Positions 18,138 through 30,045 of a DNA stretch of 64,000 nucleotides are shown here, one piece after another. How positions within the stretch are numbered: the first letter of the stretch is position 1; each line of letters opens with the position of its first letter. The notes under the pieces were generated by a model. The model had not been told where the DNA came from. It did no database searches and saw nothing but the letters and a program-made list of their open reading frames with translations. Source of the DNA: the human T2T-CHM13v2.0 reference genome, Homo sapiens; NCBI RefSeq assembly GCF_009914755.1, contig NC_060936.1; one strand, written 5' to 3'. A program made the translations under genes and the position numbers.

Positions 18138-18729
18138 TCGTGGTTTTGGTTTTTATTTTTTTAGTTATTAGCTGGATGATTGATCTGTTGCAAGTGTATC
18201 CAGCCGCCTGTCTCTATTTTTAGATAGTAAAATAAAAGAATGATACCTTCTCTTATACAAATGTATGCAATTACAGGGAATATACCCTAAAATTTCCACT
18301 CTACCCCAAGATATTCTAGAACTAATTGGAAAAGTGGACAGGTGGGGCATTGAACAAGTTCTTCAAATTAGGTATCATTGAAAGAACTGGGCAATTACCA
18401 GAGCTAATCCTTTATAGTAATGTTGAGTTCACTGACCAAGAGCTGTTCAGTGATTGTGGTACTGAATGGTGCTACACCAAGTTGTCCAAGTGAATAACTT
18501 GGGGGCTTTCAAGTGGACGCCACTTTGATTGGTGAATTCAACATGAATTGAAACTCAAGACTTGATGGTTGCTCTGGAGAGCTAAAGGTTCTGCATACTA
18601 TTCTTGACTTCTTATTAGGATTTATCTTAAAGGGAAATAAGTTTTAATTTTTATCATCTACTAAGCTACTTGTGGACAGAGTAGATATTTGTTGTGTTTT
18701 ATATCTTCACTAACACTTATAAGAAGAAG

Positions 18730-18970
18730 ATGTTGCTTAGTGGTTAAATTTCTGCGTTTGTGAGTCAATCAAGTTTAAATTTAAATCCTGTCCATTTACC
18801 AGATGCTTGACCTTAAGCAAGTTGCAAAAACTCTGTAAATCTCAATTTCATATTGTGAATTAGGAATAATAATACATTTCATTGTACCAGTGTGAGAGTT
18901 GATGTATACACTGTATTTAAAGTGGTAATAACTATCTTTGGCACCTTATAAGCATGCAATTTATGGTAGC
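18730..18970 (+). mobile_element. MIR
   Basis: tagtggttaa...gaccttaagcaagtt...ctcaatttc...ggaataataata. Confidence 0.65.
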
Positions 18971-20242
18971 TATAAATTTTGGGCTACTATCAAAGTCCAT
19001 GGAATTGGAGATCCAGAATTTTGGGGTTGTCCTTAAAACACTTACAGAGAGCCTCCAAGGTAGGTGAATGAAGTCTGTTGAAAAAGAGTTATGTTAAGAA
19101 TTTTTAAGTTTGCTTTTTTTGTTAAATAAAACTAGTTAAATATCTGTTTATTTTATGGATAACAGAACCATCTGAAATAACTCCAGAAAAGAAAAGACTG
19201 AATTGGAGATAGTTTACCTCTCAGTGACTTCAAAAACATGTTTCTTCATAATTTCAGTAGATAAATAATGAACAATCATTATCTATTGGATGTATTTTAA
19301 AATTAAGAAGAATTAAGTTTTACCAATACTCTAAATTGTACAGGTATTATTATGTATAAGAAAAGGAGCAAAATTTAAGATAAAAGTAGTTAAGTGAACA
19401 AAAACTTAAGAGTAAAATAAAAACTAAAAGAGGGAGAGAGAAATTTGTCACCTAGCTACCATTTGTTAGTTATATGATATGAATAGGGCGAGTTATGTGA
19501 TCTGAGTCCCAGTTTTTTCAGAGAAATTGCAAAATTAGAAAAATAATAATTAGTGTTTTCTTGAATATTAAATGAAAATGCCTGATGAACAGTAAGCATG
19601 GTCTTAATACTAATATTTAATGATCAGTGGAAATAGGAATTAGCTATACAAAAAGTAAATGGTATAATTACATTCTCTTATTTATATTTCAGTAATAATT
19701 TAAATCACACATATTTGGATCAAATTTCATACTGCTTTATTATGCATGGAAATTTTTCTTAAATCTTGATATTATTCTGAACGTTATTCAGGTATGATGT
19801 TATATCTAAAGCCTAATCCCAGCATTTTTCCAATTGTTTTGATTTGATGGAACTGAAGGAAAGTTAGCTCTTCTCTCCTCTTTGAAGTTACTCCAATTTA
19901 GGAAGTGTTTCTGCTCTGCTCATACTTGAGTGAGCATGCAATAATACCTTTGCTGAGTATTTCTGTTTGATTTTTCAAAAGCTGTCATTAGTCGTACAGC
20001 TCAAATATGAAGTGCACATGGTAATTGGTGGAGCCACATTCAGTCTTCAAGTATAATTGAAAATGACCCAGACACCCTGAGAGCTCTTCTTAGACTTCCA
20101 GATTTGTAAGCATATGTGATGGGACAAGAGCCAGACAGCTTGCTGAGAATGGGAGAAGTCCCTTTGCCTGTTGCTGAACCAGAAAGCCTTAACTGTATGA
20201 CTCTCTGAGTCCGGACAATGTCTTGTGTGTTTGTTTCCACAG

Positions 20243-20342
20243 AGCATATATCATTACAGACTATATGGGCATCCGAAATGAAAGTTTCATGAAATTAGCT
20301 GCAGTAGGGACCTGGATGGGGGACTTTGTCACAGCTTGGATG
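20243..20342 (+). CDS. TMEM117: Internal coding exon (100 nt) of transmembrane protein 117, probably exon 4 of the canonical transcript
   Basis: Acceptor tgtgtgtttgtttccacAG (AG 20241-20242) and donor ATG|gtaaga (GT 20343). After 1 nt completing the previous codon, it reads without stops as AYIITDYMGIRNESFMKLAAVGTWMGDFVTAWM, matching my recollection of TMEM117 (...DGNMG-AYIITDYMG...TAWM-VTDMMLQ...). Flanking exons were not found in the window. Exon number is from memory. Confidence 0.95.
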
Positions 20343-20573
20343 GTAAGAAAATTTTAACTTCACCCATTTCAAACATCAAACGGAAGACATGTTCACAGTG
20401 TTGGACAGACACTGCTTTTGATGATGTAGAGTAAAATAATTACCTCTCTTTGAGTGAAACAAATTTATGAGTAAAGATAATTCCAGAGATTATATCCAAT
20501 ATCTGTGGACCTCAGAAAAAAAATCAATGCAATTAGAATACAAGTAATGGCACTCCACCAGAATCTGTCGATC

Positions 20574-20602
20574 GATCTATCTATCTATCATCTACCTATC
20601 TA
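20574..20602 (+). repeat. (TCTA)n short tandem repeat
   Basis: gatctatctatctatcatctacctatcta. Confidence 0.7.
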
Positions 20603-21593
20603 AACACACATGTATGTTTGAGCATATAAACATATACAGTCATAACATTAATAGAAATTCTCCCTGTGAAGTTACAAATAATTTTGTTTGTCTAAATAAT
20701 TTTGGCTTTTTCTTAAGGCATGTACAATTTTCAGGTAAGGAATGTGGTCTGGCCTGTCTCAGAAGACCATATGAAATATTTTTTTTAGCAATTTAAGAAA
20801 TCATTTTCTACATTTATTTTCCTCATTGGAACTACTAATATAATGGTAACTGAGTTCTGAGTATTATCTCTTTTAATCTCTTTTGTATTTTCTTACTCCT
20901 TGTTACTATAAGCCTGGAACAAACAGACAAACATGTCTCCTGCTGAGCTCATCTGTCAATAAAGTATCTTCTGTTTTTAATCATTGGGTTAAAATTTAAA
21001 GATAGCATGTTGCTAGAAGGCTCTGGGTTCTATAAATTTATGAGAGACTCACAAAATGCAAAGAACATAACTCCCATAAAAATGGAGCACTTCATTAATA
21101 CCGTTCATAAATGCAGTTGATTCTAATTACCTTTGTCAGTCTATTCACTTGAAAATGAGGAGATATACCAGAAGGCAGATAATGCCTGACTCAGACAAGA
21201 CTTGGCATGGACATGTCCCTGCAGATATGTCCCAGATATTGTAGGTAGATATTGTAGGTAGGAACAAAAGAGTTCCTGCCATTTCTATTGATTGCTTCTT
21301 ACCTGGAACAGGTGCTTTCCAGGATCAGGAAGCAGTTGTAGCTTAACTGCTCCTACTGAGAACATCCAGGAAGAGTATCAAGTAACTACCAAAGGGTTTG
21401 TATGGCCTGTTTTTGAGCCTCCACCTACCTCTGTTGATTTTTAGAATGTTAACAGATTACTGTATGGATTCTATTCCATTAACTTTAAAATGTAAACTTG
21501 AAAAATGATTTATTTGTAATCTCTAGAAATAGCAATTAGAATAAACTAGACATTGAGAACAGGCTGCCTCACATGAGAATTTTCTTTTTTCTG

Positions 21594-21982
<389 letters not shown>

Positions 21983-24371
21983 TTAAAAAAATTTTTTGAC
22001 ATTAATTATGCATTGTGATTTTGACATCACTTTGTGGCAAATCTGCTTAATAAGATGGAAAAGATAACTAGATTAAGAGTCCAGGAATTTGAATTATCTG
22101 ACCTGACCACCTATGGTTCGACCTTCCTACAAATAATGAACAGTTCTCGGAGGCTCAGTTTGCAGATTTATCAAATAGGATTAATAGTTCCTTCCTGTGT
22201 TACATATTTTCTGTAAAGCTTAAATGTGTGGCCCTGTGATGTGACTTAAAATGCTAACGTATAAGGTAGACATAAGTGCTTCATTGTGCACATTGTGGGG
22301 CTTCTCATCACTTTAGCTTGGCTCAGTCCTTTGAGGGGATGGCAAGGGCCAAGTCATTGATCCAAACCTCAGGATGCCTAGACTTCCTGAGCCCCATAAG
22401 TGTGAGCAGCCCACCTTATCCCAGGCCTGGGGTCCAGAGTGTCTGGAGTTTATTTCAATCGCCAATGATGCAGGAGGCTAAGATGATATGGTACATTGCT
22501 TCCTGACTTTTGTCTTATACTGAACCTGACAAAAGTTAGAGGAGAAACAATGAACCAGCAGGACCTAGGAGCTGAAGTTTGCAGGCTCATGCCAGCCATT
22601 TATTACATAAATCATTTTCTTTTCCACTATGGCAACATTGTTTGTTTCTAACCCAATTCTATCCAATTCTTCCCCAGCCATTTCTTCAAGATGTTGCTTT
22701 CTGTACCATATACAGCTCTGCCTCTCTTTATTGGTTCATTATTATTATTTTTTAAATTAGCCTTTTTTCTTTTTTAACCATAGGGAGGGGTCCAATTGCT
22801 GCAGCACCCTTAGGAGGAAAATGCATGGTAGAGTTTTGACCAAAGACCTTTAACCCTTCCTGGTTGGATTTCTATTCTGCACTTGTCTGCCACTTTCATC
22901 TGGCTAAGGGGAGTACAAATAATTCCACAGTTCAGCCTGTGATCTTTGTCTCCTTTCAAGGTCTGGCTGACCTTCATAGTTTCTTCTAATTTTACTGCTT
23001 TAATGTCTTATATTTCTACTAGCTAACCTGATAACTTCACTTTTTTCTATATGAGAGATTACTGCTACATCACAGAACTAAGACTGGATTGAGAGTCAAG
23101 AAAACCGTGTTCTAGGTTGAACCTCACAATGTGATCTTAAGTCACCTAACCCCCTGGGGCCTTTCTGTAAGCTGGAAGAGAATCCAAAGTCTCTTTATGC
23201 TATGTTATATGAAACATTGACCTTTCCACATTAGACACAGGGATAGAAATAGCAAAGGAAATACCAAGTGCTCCTGATTTTAAAATATAGTCACACAGGG
23301 AGGATTCCCAGAGCACATCATTTCTATTCCCATTTCTATTCACTGATTGGGCAGTGAGTTTCTGTATAAATATTTATATGTCTACATATGTGTATATTGA
23401 TAACATTTAAAAAAATAATATTTTCCCTCATGAGAGAAGTCTAACGTAGCCTTGACCTTCATCTGTCTATAGGATTCTCATCGTGAAATGAATATCAATG
23501 ATGAGGGTGACTGTCATGGAAAAGCAACTATTTACATTAACAATCAAAGTGTGTCTTTTATATATTTCTGAAATGGAGGATTTTTCTTTTATGGAAATAA
23601 TTCAAAACTTTTTCATAGTTTTAAAAGGCATATCAATATTAATGTGATCCAAAGATAAGGATGGTGTCAACCAATATGAGAAGTATCTTTGGCCCTCACA
23701 TTACAGAGCTTCAAGCTCTGCTGGGTCCAGTTTCTTAGGCAGCTCTGACTTTTCCTGGCTCTGTGGTACTCCCCATGCAGAGGACAAGAGATATATAACT
23801 CAGGGTTAAGGGTACTAATTCTTTTGTCAAATAGGTTTTTAAAATAGGTTAATATGTAAGAAATACGTAAAGTGCTGAGCGATGTAATCCACATTGAGCT
23901 GGGTCTTTGCTATGGGCAGGATCAGAGAAAAGCGCTGTCATGAAGCTGTAAATAAAACAACATGGGGTGTCTCACGAGACACCATTTCCAGGTATCCACC
24001 CGTGCACTGTGCCATTAAGTCAGAAGCTGGAGGAGAGTTGGCCAGTTCCATATCACATTACCCCAGTTTTGCCATTGCTGCTTCAGCTTCTGATGAGGTC
24101 TAAGGTGGCAGGGGATTCCAAGGACATCATGATGGCACTTGCTTCTGCCCTTAATTTAATGCCAGAGAGAAGAAGCACTTCTGCTGATCTATGCCTAATA
24201 ATCCCCTGTTCTAGCCCCTGGTACATCCTGTTCTAGTTGCTTCCATCTTACAGAAGTAAATGGTATGACTCACAATAGAACCAGGGCATCAGACTCCAGG
24301 TTTGAGGTTCTTGTTGGGGTGAGGGGTATAGATAAGGTAAAACTGAGCCATGACCTAAGAAGACAACTCTG

Positions 24372-24688
<317 letters not shown>

Positions 24689-25419
24689 TTAGCCAACACT
24701 GAAGTCATCATAAAGCATCCTTCAACCTGAAAACCGTATACTGTGTGTATCAACTTCTAACAGTCACAGGACATTGCATGGCTTTAACATAGTAGCCCTA
24801 GGATTATCTGTCGGAATTTATGTATATGTGCCACTACTAGCAAAGGCTTTACCATAAAGTGATGTTGTAGACACATAAAACAGGAAAAAGTCAGTTTAGT
24901 TGTTTGCCAGTTGGCTTTACTTTTATTTAAGGCATTTATAGTGACCGTCTGTTTATAAAATTATGTGTGATTTTTAATGGACTTTTTTTCCCCTTGAAAG
25001 TTGGAGTTTCATTAGAGCCAGACAAGCTTAACCACTAAAAATGCTTTTGGATTAATAAAACATAGCCTTTGTAGTTGGAATATAGTAAGAAATAAGTTGT
25101 AATTTTTGCTGAATTATTTCTCTGTATTGAGGATCTAGCAAGAATATGATTTTAGAAAAAATGTGTTGATTTTAGAAAAAAGGTATTTTTTAGAAATATA
25201 TTTTACCTTTCTATTTTAACTGTGTCTATTTTATGTATAAGTACTGCAATATCTGTCTAAATATTTGAGTGACAATTTTTGCTGTCTTATTTTTCATACA
25301 CTTTGTATTTTTTCAGAGAGATTTTATCATTAATATTTATACTGCTATTATCTTTGCTTCAAAAGACTGTTCATACTAGTTAAGAGAAAAAGTTAAAAAC
25401 TCTTCCTGACTTGACTAGA

Positions 25420-25530
25420 AGCTTCTTGAGGGGAGTTACAATGTCAATCATATTTATAATTATATTCCTAACACCCAACACAGAACCAGGTATAAAATAG
25501 GTGCTCAAGAAATATTTATTTAAAGAATAA
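25420..25530 (+). mobile_element. L2 3' end
   Basis: aagcttcttgagggg...taggtgctcaagaaatatttattt. Confidence 0.6.
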
Positions 25531-28065
25531 ATAGATCATAACAGCACATAAGCACTGTTTCATTTCTTTTTTCTGGTTCAGTTTTGTGACTTATTATTGT
25601 AAAATGAGCATTCTAGAATCCTATAAAGGTGGAAGGAGGTCAGCTATATTGTTCAGGGTATCATATATATTAACCCTGCTTTGCTCCTCTCCCTACCCCA
25701 CCTCAACCAGGCTATGCACTTCTTCACACTAAATTTGTTCCCAGAACCACAGGGACACATGCTTGTGAACACTCTTGAATGGAAGTGATGAATTGCCAGT
25801 GTAAGTCTCCCAAAATGGTGATGTCATTCTTGAGTGTAAATGGCAAAGAGTATAAAGAAAAGATTGAGCTCTGCAGATCCTGCCAGTGCATTCTTCGAAT
25901 GGTCATTACTGCTCTCAGTGGCACTGTGTTGATCCCAGCTCTGGGGCAGAAGGAAGCTGGGTTGAGATATGTCCCTTGAGTCATGTGAGCAAGAAGAGAT
26001 TACTACGTAAGATAGAAAATTGGTTAAATTTCAGTGGACAGAGAGAATTAAAGAATGGCATATACTTGAGAGTAAATACCATTACATCAAGGGTCAATAT
26101 TCATTTACAACTCTAGAACAGAATAGAGGGAGGAAATATTTCTGCAGTGTTTGAGCATAAAGTATTCCTTCTAGCTTAAATATAGATAATATGAAATAAA
26201 ATTTATAATTATATAAACATACAACCTAAAATGTGGTGATGTTTTTAATTGTCATTTTATGCTTATTGCACACTTATTTAGGAAAGGAGTTAACTGTTTG
26301 TGTTATTTTCATTTTATCAAGTTAAAAATAGTTTAGTTCAAAATTTTCTAGTTTATACATGTCACTATTTTGTGGACTATTTCACAAACACTAAGTGTGT
26401 GAATGAACAGTAACCTGGAATATAACCAGCATCTAGCTTGTTATTCTGTCTGGAATTGAGTTTGACAATGCATATTATAATCAGTGCCAATTTTCTAATT
26501 ATTTCTCTTCTACTGATGTTTCAAAATGACAGAATAAGAAGCATAATTGAATTTGATTTAGCACTTGAAATAAAGTAGCAATAACAGTTTAATTGAACTT
26601 CATAATAGAAAAAAAATTTAAACCATGAAACTTGGAATAGAAGGCCAGGATGAGCAAACTCATTGGACACATGTATATGAGAAATGGAAGGGTGCAAACC
26701 AGATATTTAGCCATGGGAGCTGGACCTAAGAGCTGAACATTCCTCTGGGTCTTTCTCTTTTGCTGTCTTTCTCTGCCTGTTCATTGGAACCATTTTGACC
26801 TCAACCTACCCCTGATTAGTTAACCTCATGTTTGGTACATTCGTATGTTCCATTTCATTACTTATACAGTGAAAATACAAACTGGATCAAGCATTTAATT
26901 AATACACTATCTTTCTATAAAGATTTCGTGTTATGTGAGGTTCTCTAAGAAAAAAAGCATGCATCAGGGATTTAGGGGCACAAGATTTAAAGAGGAAGTA
27001 CTCTTGGGGAATCTGTAAGAGATGAGAGAAACAGGAGAGAGAAAGAGAAGGAGGCAAGCAAAGATATAGTTCTATGGTGTCACATAAAGTCTGCCCTCAG
27101 CCTGATCTCCTGGGACTGTGCTCTTGGGCAATGGAGTGCTCCAGTAGGTCAAGAGGTTGCGAGTGGGACACCAACATGGACCATCGCACAGACAAAACCC
27201 AAGGACGGCAGATTTAGTGGCACCCACACTTGCCAAAAAAAATTAATAATAATCAGTTTGTTTGATCATTTGATTGAAGCAAAGAGCATAAAAGGGAAAT
27301 TATTTTTTGCATTTCTTTTTTGCTCATTAGGAAGTTTTGAGGGAAGTAAATGTGGTCATTTTGCTTTTGCATGTATAAATATTTTAATGTCTCTATAAAT
27401 ATTTTAGCTTTGTGTTTCATGTTCCTTCAAAATAATAAGTTCCAGCTAAAAAATTAATAAGGCAGGAGAGTCTAACTTCCTGTGTTCAGATAGCATCCTA
27501 AGTGATGATCAAGAGTCTTTTAATTTTCATGACTTTTGGAATTAAAAAAATAGAATATGACCTGGAATAAAAAAGGATTTCCGGGTAAAAAAGGTTGTAC
27601 TATAATGTATAGACACTTAAGAACAGAGGCAAAAATTCTGGCTTTCACTGTAAGTCTCCTAATGCCAATGCCCATCAAAATATCAAATAATTCCATAGTA
27701 TGTGATAGGTATATGTATGCAATTTATATTCATTTATTAAAAATTTGTGGAATATAAATTTTATATTCATATTCACCAAGAATATGAAAGGCACCTAGGA
27801 AAATTCACCTAGGTATTGAATTGAACTACATTAAGATATGAAAGAAACTGAGGACATCTCTTATAGAAAGACATTCCCACCAGAGACAGGGGATGCTCAT
27901 TTTTCATCTTTTTCATCCCCAACTTAGTTTCAGCTTCTTCCAATTCCATTATACTTTATTTCTATTACTTAGTTTATACTTCCTCTAGTTGGGTACCTCC
28001 TTTGTCCACATATTCTTTATGATTTTTCTAACGTAAAGTTCCGCACCTTTTTTTTTTGATGGAAT

Positions 28066-28282
28066 TTTCTTTTTTTTTTCATTATTATTATTATACTTTA
28101 AGTTTTAGGATACATGTGCACAACGTGCAGGTTTGTTACATATGTATATATGTGCCATGTTGGTGTGCTGCACTCATTAACTTGTCGTTTAGCATTAGGT
28201 ATATCTCCTAATGCTATCCCTCCGCCCTCCCCCCACCCCACAACAGTCCCCAGGTGTGATGTTCCCCTTCCTGTGTCCATGT
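28066..28282 (-). mobile_element. Severely 5'-truncated L1PA (PA4-5-like) 3' end, ~210 bp
   Basis: ttatactttaagttttaggatacatgtgcacaacgtgcagg...ccccttcctgtgtccatgt. No TSD visible. Confidence 0.92.
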
Positions 28283-28365
28283 TTAAAGCAGTATTTATCC
28301 ACCATTTACCTGAAGAACTTTGAATAAAGCCCAGGAGGCATTGATACTTGATTTTTTCCTCTTTG

Positions 28366-28537
28366 AAAGTCAATGATATAATGAAATGAGAGCTGGCTGT
28401 TAATATAGGCTCATATTAGAACTTGAAAAAAGAAGCTATGTGCTTTTTTGTAGTATGTTTAGGAGTTGGATGGCTCCCTTAACATTTCTTTCACCTTTTA
28501 TTTAGTGCCTCTTGTGGGCCGAGAACTATTCTAAATA
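28366..28537. repeat. Left arm of ~170-bp imperfect inverted repeat
   Basis: Reverse complement aligns colinearly with 29684-29858 (e.g. attagaacttgaaa / tttcaagttctaat; gaagctatgtgctt / aagcacatagcttc; aacatttcttt / aaagaaatgtt). Confidence 0.9.
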
Positions 28538-28555
28538 CACATATTTAGAATAATG

Positions 28556-29678
28556 TTTATATATAATATATAATATTATATTTAATATATTATATATTAT
28601 AATATATATTTAATATCATTTAATATATAATATATATTATAAACATTATATATTATATTATATTACATAATATATTATATAAATATAAGTATATATTTAT
28701 ATATAAACATTATTATAAATATAATATATATTATATATTTAAATATGTAATATATATTATATTAATCATATATTTATATTATAGATATAATATATATTTA
28801 TATTATAAACATAAATATATAATATATAATATAAATGTATATTATATATTTATATTATTTATATATTTATATTTACATAATATATATAAAATTATATTTA
28901 TAAAATATATATAAATATAATTATATTTATATTATATATTATAAATATAATTATATATATAATTATAAATATAAAATGTATAATCATATTTATATTATAT
29001 ATAATTATATTTATAATATTTATATATAATCATATCATATAAATATATATATTATATATAAATTTATATATTTATATGTATTATATCATATATAAATTTA
29101 TATATTTATATATAATATTTATATCATATATAAATTTCTATATTTATATATTATATTTATATAATATAAAAATTTTTATATCTATAATTATATCATATAT
29201 AAATTTTTATATATATAATTATATCATATATAAATTTATATATATATTTATATCATATAAATTTTTATATATAATATTTATATCATATAAATTTATATAT
29301 ATAATATTTATATCATATATAAATTTTTATATACATAATATTTATATCATATATAAATTTTTATATATAATATTTATATCATATATAATTTTTATATATA
29401 TAATATTTATATATAAATTTTTATATATACTATATATAATATAAATATATTTATATTTATAATTATATTTATAATGTATATAATATAAATATAAATATGG
29501 TGTCACATAAATATATATACATTATGTTTATATGAATATAATGTATATATTGTATTTATATAAATACAATATATACATTATATTTATGGAACCATTTTGA
29601 CCTCAACCTACCCCTGATTCGTTAATTATATTCTTAAGTATATATTTATATATACTTAAGAATAGTGCATATACACAC
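28556..29678. repeat. ~1.1-kb AT-rich low-complexity/minisatellite tract
   Basis: Almost only A and T. Contains ~10 copies of a 30-34-bp unit (ATAATATTTATATCATATATAAATTTTTATAT) at ~29010-29430 and internal palindromes. Confidence 0.95.
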
Positions 29679-29683
29679 ACACA

Positions 29684-29858
29684 TATTTTAGAATCATGGT
29701 GGGCCTGCAGGAGGTGCTAACTAAAAGGTAAAAGAAATGTTCAGGGGAGTCATTCGACTAATTCCAGAAGTACTACAAAAGAAGCACATAGCTTCATATT
29801 TCAAGTTCTAATCTCAGCTAATATTAATGAGTACTCATTTTATTGTATCATTAACTTT
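29684..29858. repeat. Right arm of ~170-bp imperfect inverted repeat
   Basis: Partner of 28366-28537; roughly 75-80% identical by eye. Confidence 0.9.
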
Positions 29859-29894
29859 ATATCAGATACATACTGATTTTCCATCCATAAAAAC

Positions 29895-30045
29895 CCTGAA
29901 ACAGGTGGAGACACTGAAGCTTAGGAGGTTAAGTGTCTTGCCCTTGCCCAAGGTGACACAGATATGGCAGTATGAATGGCAGAACTTGGAATATAACCCA
30001 GGCAATCTGGTTCCAAAGTTTTTATTGTTTTCACATACTATTCTG
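29895..30045 (-). mobile_element. MIR
   Basis: acaggtggagacactgaagcttaggaggttaagtg...cttgcccaaggtgacacag...aacccaggcaatctgg. Confidence 0.8.

Noticed and set aside
20044-20105. Possible small exon upstream of the coding exon (cag...ttt|gtaagc)
   Set aside because: No pyrimidine tract and a weak exonic donor context.
29076-29444. 122-aa I/Y/F-rich ORF
   Set aside because: Translation of the AT minisatellite; a low-complexity artefact.
28556-29678. CRISPR-like or foreign (organellar/parasite) origin of the AT tract
   Set aside because: No constant repeat with unique spacers; the complex islands trace to nearby local sequence.
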